Shown here piece after piece: positions 28,816-38,484 of a stretch of DNA of 64,000 nucleotides (within the stretch, counting starts at the first letter, position 1; each line of letters begins with the position of its first letter). The notes beneath the pieces were generated by a model. That model was not told where the DNA came from. It did no database searches and saw only the letters and a program-made list of their open reading frames with translations. Source of the DNA: an uncultured bacterium. GTDB lineage: Bacteria > Verrucomicrobiota > Kiritimatiellia > PWTM01. The translations under genes and the position numbers were made by a program. The DNA lies in NCBI GenBank assembly GCA_963744655.1, contig CAVUUJ010000002.1, positions 2,028,005 through 2,092,004 on the forward strand. Reading direction: 5' to 3'.

Positions 28816-30084
28816 CTACCGCTTGGACAGCACGTCCTTCTCGTAATCCCGGACCTTGCCGATCCAGTGGCCTTCCTGCGGCGCGCCCTGCTTGAGGCAA
28901 TACATGTCCCATACCGCGCCGAAGGGCATGGTCTTGACTTGTTCCAGCAGGGCCAGGCGGCCGGTGTAATCGCCCTCCGCTTCCAGCGCTTTCAAGGTGT
29001 CGGTCGGTTCCAGCAGGGCCAGCAGCAGCGCCTTGGTCATGGTGCGGGCGCCGATGACCCAGGCCGCTACGCGGTTGATGCTGGCGTCGAAGAAGTCGAG
29101 GCCGATGTGCACGCGGTCCAGGAAGCCGCCGCGCACGATTTCCTCGGCGATCGCCCGCAGCCCGTCGGACAGGATGACCACGTGATCGCTGTCCCATCGC
29201 ACCCCGCGGCTGACGTGCAACAGGAGTTCGTCCACGAACAGGAGCATGGAGGAAATCTTGTCCGAGATCATTTCGGTGGGATGGAAATGTCCCGCATCGA
29301 GACAGAGCAGCGTGCGGTTGCGCATGGCGTAGCCCATGTAGAATTCGTGCGATCCCACCACGTAGGCCTCGGACCCGATGCCGAACAGCTTGCTCTCCAC
29401 GCAGTCCAGCATCCGCTCTTTCGGCAGCTTCTTCCTGAAGACGTCGTCCAGCGCCGCCACCAGCCGCTCACGCGGCGCCTTGCGGTCGGCCGGCAGGTCC
29501 TTGTACCCATCGGGAATCCAGACGTTGTTCACGCAGGGCGTGCCCAGCTCCCGGCCGATCACGGCGGCAATCTCCCGGGTGGCGACGCAGTGCTCGATCC
29601 AGAAATCGCGGATGCCCTTGTCGGCATGGCTGAGGGTGAACCCGTCCGCCGCCTTCGGGTGGGAAAAGCAGGTGGGATTGAAATCCATGCCCATGCCTTT
29701 GTCTTTGGCCCAGGCGATCCACCCCCGGTAGTGTTCCGGGCGGATTTCGTTTCGATCGATCTGCCGACCGCCGAACTCCCCGTAGCTGGCGTGCAGGTTC
29801 AGGCGGTGCGTGCCGGGAATCATGTCGAGGGCCAGGTCCAGGTCGGCGCGGAGTTCATCCGGCGTGCGGGCCTTGCCGGGATAGCTGCCGGTGGCTTGGA
29901 TGCCGCCCCCGGAAAGCCCCGCGTCGGGCGACTCGAACCCGCCGACGTCGTCGCCCTGCCAGCAAGGGAGAGCAACGGGGATGCCCGCCAGGGTTTCCAG
30001 CGCCCGCTCGGTATCCACTCCCTGTTGCGCGTAGGCCTCCCGGGCCTGCCCGTACGCGCGTTCGACGTGTTTCGTTTCCCCCAT
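28816..30084 (-). CDS. rhaA: L-rhamnose isomerase
   Basis: RBS GGGAGG precedes ATG 30084. Near-collinear with E. coli RhaA: '[11 protein letters not shown]', '[23 protein letters not shown]', 'FNPTCFSHP', '[12 protein letters not shown]', '[13 protein letters not shown]', '[22 protein letters not shown]'. Confidence 0.9.
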   Translation of the reverse strand: MGETKHVERAYGQAREAYAQQGVDTERALETLAGIPVALPCWQGDDVGGFESPDAGLSGGGIQATGSYPGKARTPDELRADLDLALDMIPGTHRLNLHASYGEFGGRQIDRNEIRPEHYRGWIAWAKDKGMGMDFNPTCFSHPKAADGFTLSHADKGIRDFWIEHCVATREIAAVIGRELGTPCVNNVWIPDGYKDLPADRKAPRERLVAALDDVFRKKLPKERMLDCVESKLFGIGSEAYVVGSHEFYMGYAMRNRTLLCLDAGHFHPTEMISDKISSMLLFVDELLLHVSRGVRWDSDHVVILSDGLRAIAEEIVRGGFLDRVHIGLDFFDASINRVAAWVIGARTMTKALLLALLEPTDTLKALEAEGDYTGRLALLEQVKTMPFGAVWDMYCLKQGAPQEGHWIGKVRDYEKDVLSKR

Positions 30085-30095
30085 CCGGGGCCTCC

Positions 30096-31178
30096 CTATG
30101 TGTTGATCCGTTGCTTGCGAAAGGCCTCGGCCTCCCAGTGGTCGATGAAATCCGCGGCGCGGTTCGTCATGTATTCCACCCCGCCGAAGGCCTCGGCCAA
30201 CTGCCGGACCAGGGCGCCGTCCGCGGCCAGCCGCAGGGCCAGTTCCGCGCTCCGGGCGTTCGCGCCGAGTCCCAGTACGCCTTCCTCGGCGGCGATGACC
30301 CCGGGGTAATAGGACCGGAGCGCCTTGAACTGCATCAGCGAGGCCCTGTCCGGCTCTCCGGTGTAGGGGTAGGCCCCGGCATGGACGATGTGGTCGGGCG
30401 TTAACGGTTCGCACGCCGGGGCGAAAGGGCCGGAGGCCACGATATGCTCTGCCCCGGCGAAATCCGGGAGCCGGCGAAGCAGGTCGCGCACCTGTTCGAC
30501 CCATTCCGCGTCGGGGGCCGGTTCCGCCCGGAGGTTCGTTTCCACCCCGGCCTTACGATAGGCCTGTTCCAGCGTTTCGGTGACCTGGCGGTACGACGCC
30601 CGGATTTCATCGGCGGTGTCGCCCGCCGCGAAGACGCCGTGGTTCTTCAAGAAGAGGACCGGGGGGTCCCGCCCGTGCGCGGCGGCGTACTCCTTGATGG
30701 CCCGGCGCCCTACCATGCACAACATGTAGCCGGGGTCGATGTAGTCCATCCAGAGGGCGTCCGGGAAGAGCCGGCGGCAGGCCGCGGCGCCGCCTTTCGC
30801 GCAGGTCATCCCGTTCACCAGGGCAGCATGGGTGTGCACGACGAAGGTCGCGTGGAAGGAGTCGTGCAGGGGGGATTCGACGGAAGGGCGACCCGGGGAA
30901 CTTCCCTCCACCGCGTTCAGCACCAGGTCCGTGACCAGCGCTTCGCGCCGGGCGGCGTCTTCCGGGGGGTGGACCGAGTACAGTTTCTCGAGGCGGGCGC
31001 GGTTGAGCGCGATGAACGTGCCCGGCGCCAGGTTGCACAGGCAGGTGCCCGAGGGCTTGATCCACAAGGTGCCGGCGTTCTTCGCGGAGGTGTTGCCCCC
31101 GGCGCCCTTCACGAACTCGGGGGTTCCAAATTCGCGGGAGAGTCCGGTGATGATGCTCAACCGTTCTTCGTCGTTCAC
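30096..31178 (-). CDS. class II aldolase/adducin-family protein (rhamnulose-1-phosphate aldolase-like, RhaD N-domain-type)
   Basis: '[12 protein letters not shown]' is the zinc-His motif of class II aldolases. Lies 12 nt upstream of rhaA in the same orientation. Confidence 0.7.
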   Translation of the reverse strand: MNDEERLSIITGLSREFGTPEFVKGAGGNTSAKNAGTLWIKPSGTCLCNLAPGTFIALNRARLEKLYSVHPPEDAARREALVTDLVLNAVEGSSPGRPSVESPLHDSFHATFVVHTHAALVNGMTCAKGGAAACRRLFPDALWMDYIDPGYMLCMVGRRAIKEYAAAHGRDPPVLFLKNHGVFAAGDTADEIRASYRQVTETLEQAYRKAGVETNLRAEPAPDAEWVEQVRDLLRRLPDFAGAEHIVASGPFAPACEPLTPDHIVHAGAYPYTGEPDRASLMQFKALRSYYPGVIAAEEGVLGLGANARSAELALRLAADGALVRQLAEAFGGVEYMTNRAADFIDHWEAEAFRKQRINT

Positions 31179-31312
31179 GTGAAGCGGCTCTTTCCGTGGG
31201 CAACGCCGTATTACATCACACGCTGATCGCGTGCCCTAGCCCTATTCGTGAATGCGGATATTCCCGGTTCGACGCCTGCCGCCGCGTCTCGTGTGCGATG
31301 CGCGGCGGCAGG

Positions 31313-31339
31313 CGCGCGCCGCGAAAGGACCCGGGGCCG
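31313..31339 (+). repeat. 27-bp perfect direct repeat, copy 2
   Basis: Identical to 28552-28578. Lies 135 nt upstream of the aldolase start and 72 nt from the 3' end of tRNA-Ala. Confidence 0.6.
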
Positions 31340-31410
31340 CGAAGGGCAGGGGCCGTACGGCGCGGTCGTCGGGAAGGAAGGGGTCCCGGGGGAAATGCCG
31401 GGAGGGCGGG

Positions 31411-31487
31411 TGGTGGAGCGGAAGGGGATCGAACCCTCGACCTCCAGAGTGCGATTCTGGCGCTCTCCCAAATTGAGCTACCGCCCC
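31411..31487 (-). tRNA. tRNA-Ala (anticodon CGC)
   Basis: The reverse complement folds as a cloverleaf. Acceptor stem GGGGCGG/CCGCTCC carries the G3:U70 Ala identity pair. D-arm GCTC-AATTTGGGA-GAGC. Anticodon stem CCAGA/TCTGG with loop ATCGCAC. T-arm GAGGG-TTCGATC-CCCTT. The 3' CCA is encoded. Confidence 0.85.
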
Positions 31488-31627
31488 GCCAACCCGTTTG
31501 CCGGGGCGCGTTGCCCGGGCAAACGCGAGGACCATACACACCGGCCCCGGGGCGTGCAAGCGGTCAATCGTCACGCGCCGAAGCGGCCGGGCACGAACCC
31601 CGGCCGCCCCCCGCGGCCCGCCGCGCT

Positions 31628-32029
31628 TCAGCCCGTTTCGACGGCGATGCGGCGCGGCTTCGCTCTTTCCGCCCTGGGCAGGTGGATCCGCAGGACCCCC
31701 TGGGCCACCCGCGCCTTGATCTTCGTGCTGTCGATGTCCGTGGTGAGCGTGAACGCCCGGCGGTAGATGCCGCCGGTGTCCGTGCGCAGCGCGTCCTGCC
31801 TCCCCTCGGGCCCATACGGTTCGCGCGTCCCCGTGATCGTCAGCACGTCGTTCTCCAGCGAGACGTCCACGTGCTTCTCGTCGACCCCGGGCATGTCGCA
31901 CTCCACCAGCAGCCCGTCGGCGCGCTCGTAGATGTCCGTGTCGGGCACCCACACCGGCCGGTCCTGCGCCAGCTCGGCTTCGCCGCGCGGCTCGGTCTTC
32001 GCCAGTTCGTTGTTCTTCTTCTCCGTCAT
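31628..32029 (-). CDS. Hsp20/alpha-crystallin family small heat shock protein
   Basis: Strong RBS 'AGGAAGGAGGGGG' precedes ATG 32029. Alpha-crystallin domain 'VDVSLENDVLTITGTRE...GIYRRAFTL...ARVAQGVLRIHLPR'. Confidence 0.85.
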   Translation of the reverse strand: MTEKKNNELAKTEPRGEAELAQDRPVWVPDTDIYERADGLLVECDMPGVDEKHVDVSLENDVLTITGTREPYGPEGRQDALRTDTGGIYRRAFTLTTDIDSTKIKARVAQGVLRIHLPRAERAKPRRIAVETG

Positions 32030-32047
32030 GATCGCCCCCTCCTTCCT

Positions 32048-32482
32048 TCAGCCCGCCGTGATCTGCACGCGCCTGGGCTTGCTCGCGTCCGACCGCGGCA
32101 GGCGGATCGTCAGGATCCCGTTCCGGCACGCCGCGCGAACCGCGTCCGCCTCCACTTCGAACGGCAGACGGATCGCGCGGGCGAAGACGCCCGTCCATCG
32201 CTCGCACCGGTAGCATTCCGTCCCCTCGGCGGGTTCCGGCGCCCGGCGCTCGCCGCGCAGCGTCAGCAGGTCGCCCTTCACGTCGATCTCGAGGTCCTTC
32301 GCGTCAACGCCCGGCACCTCGGCCGTCACCACGGCCTCGCCCTTGCCGCACCACGCGTTGACCGACGGAAAGGCCTCGCCCGAGGCGCTGAAGTCCTCGA
32401 CCAGACGGTTCATGTCCCGCTGCAGACGATGCAGTTCCGCGAAGGGCTCCTCTCCCCAACCCCGCAGCATGGGCCACAACAT
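32048..32482 (-). CDS. Hsp20/alpha-crystallin family small heat shock protein (second tandem copy)
   Basis: ATG 32482 with GGAG 9 nt upstream. The GTG at 32491 abuts the RBS and was not chosen. 'LEIDVKGDLLTLRGER...ERWTGVFARAIRLP...AACRNGILTIRLPR'. Confidence 0.8.
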   Translation of the reverse strand: MLWPMLRGWGEEPFAELHRLQRDMNRLVEDFSASGEAFPSVNAWCGKGEAVVTAEVPGVDAKDLEIDVKGDLLTLRGERRAPEPAEGTECYRCERWTGVFARAIRLPFEVEADAVRAACRNGILTIRLPRSDASKPRRVQITAG

Positions 32483-32554
32483 GTCACGCACTCCTTTCTT
32501 CCTTCGCGCCCCACCCGTGGAGCGCCTTGCTCAGCTACAGCTACACCTTGAATG

Positions 32555-32570
32555 AGCATACACCATGCCA
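32555..32570 (-). promoter_or_regulatory. sigma-54-like promoter upstream of the tandem Hsp20 genes
   Basis: The minus strand reads TGGCATGGTGTATGCT, with GG/GC spacing exact. It lies about 70 nt upstream of the Hsp20 start at 32482. Confidence 0.5.
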
Positions 32571-32740
32571 CCCGGCCGGATGGATCGTAACGTGTTGATA
32601 AACAATCGATGCGGAGGATGCGAATGCAGAACACTGAGACGGGGTGGCGCACTTAGGCTGTCACATAAAGGCCAGGATGGCACTTTTGGCGGGGGATAGG
32701 AGGGCGTGGACCGGCGGGGGGAGGGGCCGGGCGGGGCGGG

Positions 32741-33130
32741 TCAGACGTCGAGGCCGGTGTTGTCGTTGGGGTCTTTTTCCGCGTAGCCGCTGTCCTGGCG
32801 CCGGAAGTTGACCTCGTTTTTCTTCGCGTAGAGGGCGTGCACGTCGCGGGCGGAGAGGCCGAGCACCTGGGCGAGGGAGATGAGGAAGTGAAAGAGGTCG
32901 ACGACCTCGACGCGGGCGTTCTGCCGGTCGAAGGACTGGTACGAGGCCCACCACTTCCAGGGGACGCTGTCGACGAGTTCGGCGGTTTCCTGGGAAAGCG
33001 CGCGGCAGTAGTTGAGCACCCACGCGGGCTGCTCCGCCTCCGGCAGGCGGAGGGTATCGACGCCGATCCGGCGGTTCAGCTCCGCCTGCATCCGGAACAT
33101 GTCCTCCAGCAGGTCGACGGGTTCGGGCAT
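32741..33130 (-). CDS. all-alpha NTP pyrophosphohydrolase, dimeric dUTPase-like (dUTPase_2 family)
   Basis: 129-aa helical protein with 'LRLPEAEQPAWVLNYCRALSQETAELVDSVPWKWW', the type of motif seen in dimeric dUTPases/dCTPases. The family call is uncertain. Confidence 0.45.
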   Translation of the reverse strand: MPEPVDLLEDMFRMQAELNRRIGVDTLRLPEAEQPAWVLNYCRALSQETAELVDSVPWKWWASYQSFDRQNARVEVVDLFHFLISLAQVLGLSARDVHALYAKKNEVNFRRQDSGYAEKDPNDNTGLDV

Positions 33131-33248
33131 GGCGCCGCTCCTTCCTGGCGCCGCGCGGGGCGCATTTACCGGTTTACACTAGGGGCGCGCGGCCGCTATT
33201 GCTATGCGAAACGCGCGCGGTTTTCCGCGCGGGGGACGGGGGGTGCGG

Positions 33249-34181
33249 ATGAGCGACGCGGAGCGGCTGGTAATCCTGGGCAGCGGCGCGGCGGGCTACA
33301 CGGCCGCGATCTACGCCGCGCGCGCACGGCTGTCGCCGCTGCTGGTCGAGGGCCGCGAGCCCGGCGGCCAGCTGACCACCACGACCGAGGTCGAGAACTT
33401 CCCCGGTTTCCCGGAGGGGGTGGACGGCACCGCCCTGATGGACCTGATGCGCCGCCAGGCGGAACGGTTCGGCACGCGTTTCCGCGCCGGCAGCGTGACG
33501 GCCGCGGACCTCTCGGCCCGCCCGTTCCGGCTGGCGGTGGACGGCGGGGACGCGGTCCGTGCGCGGGCCCTCATCGTGGCCACGGGGGCGAGCGCCCGGT
33601 ACCTCGGCCTGCCCTCGGAGCAGGCGCTCGTGGGCCGCGGCGTGTCGGCCTGCGCCACGTGCGACGGCGCGTTCTTCCGCGACGTGCCGGTGGCGGTCGT
33701 CGGCGGCGGCGACACGGCCATGGAGGAGGCGCTCTTCCTCACCCGGTTCGCCTCGAAGGTGCTGGTCGTGCACCGCCGCGACGCGTTCCGGGCCTCGCAG
33801 ATCATGGCCGAACGGGTGAGCAAGCACCCGAAGGTCGAGGTGGCCTGGGACGCGGTGGTCGAGGAGGTGCTCGGCGCGGGGGAGCGGAAGGTCACCGGCG
33901 TGAAGCTGCGCAACGTGAAAACGGGCGCGGTGACGGAGCGCGCGGTCGAGGGCCTTTTCGTCGCCATCGGCCACACGCCCAACACGGCGGCCTTCAAGGG
34001 GCAGCTCGAGATGGACGAGCGCGGCTACCTGCGCGCCGACTCCACGCGCACGAGCGTGGAGGGGGTCTTTGCCGCGGGCGACGTGCAGGACGCCGCGTAC
34101 CGCCAGGCGGTCACCGCCGCCGGCAGCGGCTGCGCTGCGGCGCTCGAGGCCGAACGCTACCTCGCGGGCCGCGGGGACTAG
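33249..34181 (+). CDS. trxB: thioredoxin-disulfide reductase
   Basis: '[19 protein letters not shown]' (FAD site), redox-active 'CATCDG' and NADPH site '[17 protein letters not shown]'. Confidence 0.85.
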   Translation: MSDAERLVILGSGAAGYTAAIYAARARLSPLLVEGREPGGQLTTTTEVENFPGFPEGVDGTALMDLMRRQAERFGTRFRAGSVTAADLSARPFRLAVDGGDAVRARALIVATGASARYLGLPSEQALVGRGVSACATCDGAFFRDVPVAVVGGGDTAMEEALFLTRFASKVLVVHRRDAFRASQIMAERVSKHPKVEVAWDAVVEEVLGAGERKVTGVKLRNVKTGAVTERAVEGLFVAIGHTPNTAAFKGQLEMDERGYLRADSTRTSVEGVFAAGDVQDAAYRQAVTAAGSGCAAALEAERYLAGRGD

Positions 34182-34189
34182 GGGCGGCG

Positions 34190-35962
34190 ATGGCCGGCGC
34201 CTTTTCGCGTGGGGAGTGGCGGACGTACCGCCGCCTGCTGGGCTTCGCCCGGCCCTACCTGCCGCGGCTCGCCGCGGGCGTATTCTTCGGGCTCCTGTTC
34301 GCGGGGTCCACGACGGGCATGCTGGTCGCGTTCCGGCACGTGCTCGCGCGCGTCTTCCCCGCCGGCGAGCCGTTCCCCCTGCGGCAGACGGTGTACGTGG
34401 CGCTGGCCCTCCCGCTCTTCGGGCTGGGGCGCGGCCTCGGCTTCTACGCCAGCCGCTACCTCGTGGAGTGGGTGGGGAACCGGGTGGTGGCGGACCTGCG
34501 CATCGCGCTCTTCGACCGGTTGCAGGAACTCTCGCTGCAGTTCTTCAGCGGCAGCCGGACGGGGGAGCTGATCTCGCGCACGTCGAACGACACCTCGCTG
34601 GTCGAGCGCGCCGTGTCCAACGTCCTCGCCGACCTCGTGCAGCAGCCCTTCGTCATGGCGGGGGCGGTCGGCTACCTCTTCTGGCTCGACGCGCGGCTGG
34701 CCGCCCTGAGCCTGCTGGTCTTCCCCCTGTGCCTCGTCCCCATCTCGCTGTTCGGCCGGCGCGTGCGCCGCTTCGCGCGCGAGGGGCAGCAGCGGCTGGC
34801 CGACCTCGTGTCGCTGCTGCAGGAAACCCTCTCCGGGGTGCGCGTCGTGAAGGCGTTCGGCATGGAGGACTACGAGCGGGGACGCTTCCGCGAGCGGAGC
34901 ACCGCCGTCTTCCGCCGCCTGATGAAGGTCGCGCGGGCGAAGGCCGCGCTGGAACCGATCATCGTGGAGTTCGCCATCGCCGGGATCTCGGTCGTCCTGG
35001 TCTACGCGCGCTGGCGCGGCCTGACCGTGGACCAGTTCTTCACCTTCGCCGCGGCGCTGGTCGTGCTGTACGACCCCGTGAAGAAGCTCAGCCACATCCA
35101 CCTCGCGGTGCAGCAGAGTTCGGCCGCCGCCGACCGCGTCTTCGAGGTCATCGACACGGAGGCCACGGTGCGGGACGCGCCGGACGCGGCGCCCTTCGGG
35201 GAGGAGGTGCGGGCCGTGACGTTCGAGGGCGTCGGGTTCGCCTACGACGGGGAGCCGGTCCTGCGGGACATCGACCTGGAGGTGCGCGCCGGCCAGTGCG
35301 TCGCCCTCGTGGGCGCGTCGGGCTCGGGCAAGACGACGCTGGTCAACCTGCTGCCCCGGTTTTTCGACGCGACCCGGGGCGCGATCCGGATCAACGGCCG
35401 CGACGTGCGGTCGATCACGCTCGCCTCGCTGCGCCGGCTCATGGGCCTGGTCACGCAGGAGACGTTTCTCTTCAACGACACGGTGGCCGGCAACATCGCC
35501 TACGGCCGGCCCGACGTGCCCGCCGCCCGGATCGAGGAGGCGGCGCGGCGCGCCCACGCGCACGAGTTCGTGTGCGCGATGCCCGACGGCTACGCGACGC
35601 CGATCGGGGAGCGCGGCGTGCGGCTCTCCGGCGGGCAGCGGCAGCGCCTCGCCATCGCCCGCGCCCTGCTCCGCGACCCGCCCATCCTCATCCTCGACGA
35701 GGCGACGAGCGCGCTCGACACGGAGTCCGAGCGCCTCGTCCAGGCGGCGCTCGACGCGGCGATGGAGCGGCGCACGGTCTTCGTCGTCGCCCACCGCCTC
35801 TCCACCGTCCGGCGCGCGGACCAGATCCTGGTCCTCGACCGGGGCGCGGTCGCCGAGCGCGGCACGCACGAGGAGCTGCTCGCCCGCGGCGGGCTGTACC
35901 GCCGTCTCTACGACCTCCAGTTCGGCGCGGAGCGGCCGGGCGACGGGGAGGCCGTGCCGTGA
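34190..35962 (+). CDS. ABC transporter permease/ATP-binding protein, MsbA-like lipid exporter
   Basis: Six-TM N-domain, Walker A 'GASGSGKTT', ABC signature 'LSGGQRQRLAIARALL' and Walker B 'ILILDEATSALD'. Confidence 0.8.
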   Translation: MAGAFSRGEWRTYRRLLGFARPYLPRLAAGVFFGLLFAGSTTGMLVAFRHVLARVFPAGEPFPLRQTVYVALALPLFGLGRGLGFYASRYLVEWVGNRVVADLRIALFDRLQELSLQFFSGSRTGELISRTSNDTSLVERAVSNVLADLVQQPFVMAGAVGYLFWLDARLAALSLLVFPLCLVPISLFGRRVRRFAREGQQRLADLVSLLQETLSGVRVVKAFGMEDYERGRFRERSTAVFRRLMKVARAKAALEPIIVEFAIAGISVVLVYARWRGLTVDQFFTFAAALVVLYDPVKKLSHIHLAVQQSSAAADRVFEVIDTEATVRDAPDAAPFGEEVRAVTFEGVGFAYDGEPVLRDIDLEVRAGQCVALVGASGSGKTTLVNLLPRFFDATRGAIRINGRDVRSITLASLRRLMGLVTQETFLFNDTVAGNIAYGRPDVPAARIEEAARRAHAHEFVCAMPDGYATPIGERGVRLSGGQRQRLAIARALLRDPPILILDEATSALDTESERLVQAALDAAMERRTVFVVAHRLSTVRRADQILVLDRGAVAERGTHEELLARGGLYRRLYDLQFGAERPGDGEAVP

Positions 35963-36624
35963 AGCTCGTGCGCGGCCGCCCGCCGCGACGGCGCGTCCGC
36001 CTGCGCGCCGGGCCCCGCCCGCCTCCGGCCCCCGCGGAAGCCCGCCCGCTGTGGCGCCACCCGCTGGCGCGGATCGCCGTGCTGGCTTTCGGCGTCCTGG
36101 TCGTGGCCGCCCTCGCCGCGGACCTCGGCGGCGCGTTCCGCCGTTCCCGGCCGCCGGCCGACGACCCCGCGGCCCTCGTCCTCGGGATACGCGACCGCGT
36201 CTACGAGGATCCCGCGGGCCGTTTCCGCCTCGTCCTGCCGGCCGCGTGGCAGGTGGCCGACGGCGTGGAGGCGGCGCCGTACGACGCGGTGTTCCGCGGC
36301 CCGCGCGGCCTCGAGGTCTACGTGCGGGTCACGCCCGCCGGGCACGAGCGCTTCCGGGTCCTCCTGCGCGAGATACGGAAGATCGAGCGGGAGTGGGGGC
36401 TGAACATGAACATCCGCACGAACACCTTCCGCGGCGCGCTCTGCGCGGAGCGCACGGTCCGCCTCGTCGAACAGCAGGTGCGCGCCGTGGACTTCCTGGT
36501 CGGGCGCACGGCGCACCACCTGCAGTTCGCCGCGCCCCGCGACGACTTCGACCGCTACGGGGGCCTTTTCGATGCCCTCCTCGCGGGCTACGAACCGCTC
36601 CCCGCCGTGCCCGGCCCGCCGTGA
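35959..36624 (+). CDS. hypothetical membrane-anchored periplasmic protein
   Basis: GTG 35959 overlaps the msbA-like stop. Has an N-terminal hydrophobic anchor 'IAVLAFGVLVVAALAA'. No recognised domain. Confidence 0.4.
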   Translation: MKLVRGRPPRRRVRLRAGPRPPPAPAEARPLWRHPLARIAVLAFGVLVVAALAADLGGAFRRSRPPADDPAALVLGIRDRVYEDPAGRFRLVLPAAWQVADGVEAAPYDAVFRGPRGLEVYVRVTPAGHERFRVLLREIRKIEREWGLNMNIRTNTFRGALCAERTVRLVEQQVRAVDFLVGRTAHHLQFAAPRDDFDRYGGLFDALLAGYEPLPAVPGPP

Positions 36625-37565
36625 GCGACCTGGCGTTCACCCTCGGCGCCGTGGGGCCGACGTTCCTGCTCGTCGCCGTGGGGGTCGGGCTGCGCCTGCG
36701 CGGCATGGTCGACGAGGCGTTCGTGCGGCGCTCGAGCGACATCGTCTTCCACGTCAGCCTGCCGGTCCTCATCGTCAGCCACCTGGCGACCCGCGACCTC
36801 TCCGGCATGGCCCCGGGGCTGCCGATGCTGCTCTTCGCCGCCGGCACGCTGGTGGCTTGCGCGCTCGCCTGGCTGGCGGCCGCGCGCCTGCTGCCGCGCC
36901 CCGCGAGCCGCGGCGCCTTCGTGCAGGGCTGCTTCCGCAGCAACGTGGCCATCATCGGCCTGCCGGTGGCGGCGGGCATGCTGGGCGAGCAGGCGCTCGG
37001 CCCGGCCATCGTCCTGCTGGCGCTGGCGACGCCGCTCTACAACGTGCTGGCGGTGGTCGTGCTGGCCGTCACCGCGCACGAGCGGGGCCGCCTGCGGCCC
37101 GCGCGCCTGGCCGCGGCGATCCTGCGCAACCCGTTGCTCCTCGCCGTGGTCGCCGGCCTGGCGTGGCAGCGAACGGGCTGGCCCCTGCCCGGCGTGGCGG
37201 CCCGGACGCTCGGCTACCTCGCGCAGATGACCTTTCCCCTCGCGCTGATCGGGGTGGGGGCCTCGCTCCGCCGCGGGATGATGACCGCGCGGCTCCGCCC
37301 CGCGCTGGCGGCGGCGGCCGTGAAGACGGTGCTGCTTCCGCTCGCCGTGTGCGGCGCGGCGTACGCGGCGGGGCTGAGGGACGAACGGCTCGCCGTGCTC
37401 TTCGTCGTGAGCGGCGCGCCGACCGCGGTGGCCAGCTTCATCATGGCGAAGGCCATGCGCTCGGACGCGGAACTCGCCGCGGGCATCGTGCTCGCCTCCA
37501 CCGTGCTCTCGCCGTGCACCCTCTCCGCCGGCATCCTGCTGCTCCGCCGGCTGGGAGCCGTCTGA
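36621..37565 (+). CDS. AEC-family (auxin efflux carrier / malate permease-like) transporter
   Basis: GTG 36621 overlaps the upstream stop. About 10 TM helices with the two-repeat AEC topology. Confidence 0.7.
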   Translation: MSDLAFTLGAVGPTFLLVAVGVGLRLRGMVDEAFVRRSSDIVFHVSLPVLIVSHLATRDLSGMAPGLPMLLFAAGTLVACALAWLAAARLLPRPASRGAFVQGCFRSNVAIIGLPVAAGMLGEQALGPAIVLLALATPLYNVLAVVVLAVTAHERGRLRPARLAAAILRNPLLLAVVAGLAWQRTGWPLPGVAARTLGYLAQMTFPLALIGVGASLRRGMMTARLRPALAAAAVKTVLLPLAVCGAAYAAGLRDERLAVLFVVSGAPTAVASFIMAKAMRSDAELAAGIVLASTVLSPCTLSAGILLLRRLGAV

Positions 37566-37799
37566 GGCCCGCCGCCGTTCCCGCCCGCCGCAGAGGACGC
37601 TTGCGGACGCCCCGTGGGGGCCCGCAAGGCGGGCACCTCGCCACGGGACCACGTGGTCACACCACGGGAGCCGCGTTCGGCCGCGGCGACGCGGCCTTCA
37701 GGCGGGGGTACGTGACGCACGCGGCGGCCGCGGAGCGGTCGATTGTTCACGACCTCGCGAGCAATCCAGGCTAGGGTGTGCCGCGCTAGGAGGGCGACC

Positions 37800-38012
37800 A
37801 TGTGCGATGCTACCCCAGCGGGTCCGGATGATGCGTGGGTGCGGGGCACCCGGCTCGTGCGCCACTTCGCCGCGACGCGGCGCGACGTGCTGCTGCACAA
37901 GTGGTACGAGAGCGAGCGGGCGGGCCACGACGTGGGATGGGACCGCGCGCTGGTGGATTGGATGATCCGCTACGGGCCCGGCCGCCGGCCGCTGCGCCCC
38001 GACGGGGATTGA
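37800..38012 (+). CDS. small conserved hypothetical protein (70 aa, 'HKWYESERAGHDVGWDRALVDW')
   Basis: RBS 'aggaggg' precedes ATG 37800. Compact ORF with no assignable family. Confidence 0.35.
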   Translation: MCDATPAGPDDAWVRGTRLVRHFAATRRDVLLHKWYESERAGHDVGWDRALVDWMIRYGPGRRPLRPDGD

Positions 38013-38043
38013 CCCCCCGCGGCCGGTCCGCGAGGATGACGGC

Positions 38044-38484
38044 GTGGCTCGACGTCCCGCATACGACAGGGGAGCCTGGCTGACGCAGCGCCAGCGCCTG
38101 CGCCTGACCGACCCGCAGCCGCCCCCGCCGGACCGGGGGAGCTGGATCAAGGACCTGCTGCCTCCCCTGCTCCGGCGGCTCCACCTCGAGGGCGAGCTCT
38201 GGCAAAACCGGATCGGCGAACAGTGGCCCGCCATCGTCGGCCCGCAGGTCGCCGCGCACGCGCGGCCCGGTCCCGTCGAGCGCGGCCTCCTCACGGTGTA
38301 CGTGGTGCACTCGGTCTGGCTCCAGGAACTGCAGCGCGCGGGGCTGCCGCGCATGCTCGCCAACTTGAAGCAGGTCCTCCCGGACGCGCCGGTCCGGCGT
38401 ATCCGCCTCCTCGTCGACCCCGAGGCGGGGTCGGCGGGCCCGGGCCGCGCCCGCCGCGGCGGGACGGGCGGCGCGCCATGCTGA
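38044..38484 (+). CDS. DUF721 / DciA-like protein
   Basis: 'WPAIVGPQVAAHARPGPVERGLLTVYVVHSVWLQELQ' matches the DUF721 (DciA) core. GTG start at 38044. Confidence 0.5.
   Translation: MARRPAYDRGAWLTQRQRLRLTDPQPPPPDRGSWIKDLLPPLLRRLHLEGELWQNRIGEQWPAIVGPQVAAHARPGPVERGLLTVYVVHSVWLQELQRAGLPRMLANLKQVLPDAPVRRIRLLVDPEAGSAGPGRARRGGTGGAPC

Noticed and set aside
28128-28895. 255-aa plus-strand ORF across the rhaA downstream region
   Set aside because: Arg-rich junk composition. It overlaps the rhaA 3' end and the repeat. Nothing recognisable.
28552-31487. Integrated mobile element (integrase/att) reading of the tRNA-adjacent repeat-flanked rha module
   Set aside because: No integrase, recombinase or transposase ORF is present. 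The repeats do not match the tRNA 3' end. Kept only as a repeat-flanked islet observation.
32548-32580. sigma-32-like 'CTTGAAT-N13-CCACCC' near the Hsp20 genes
   Set aside because: It lies on the plus strand, pointing away from the minus-strand Hsp20 genes. It has a poor -10 and no downstream plus-strand gene. The minus-strand sigma-54 element at the same place fits much better.
32681-32694. TGGCACTTTTGGCG on the plus strand as a possible sigma-54 site
   Set aside because: The GC dinucleotide is one position off the -12 register. It would also point at a region with no plus-strand gene for over 500 bp.
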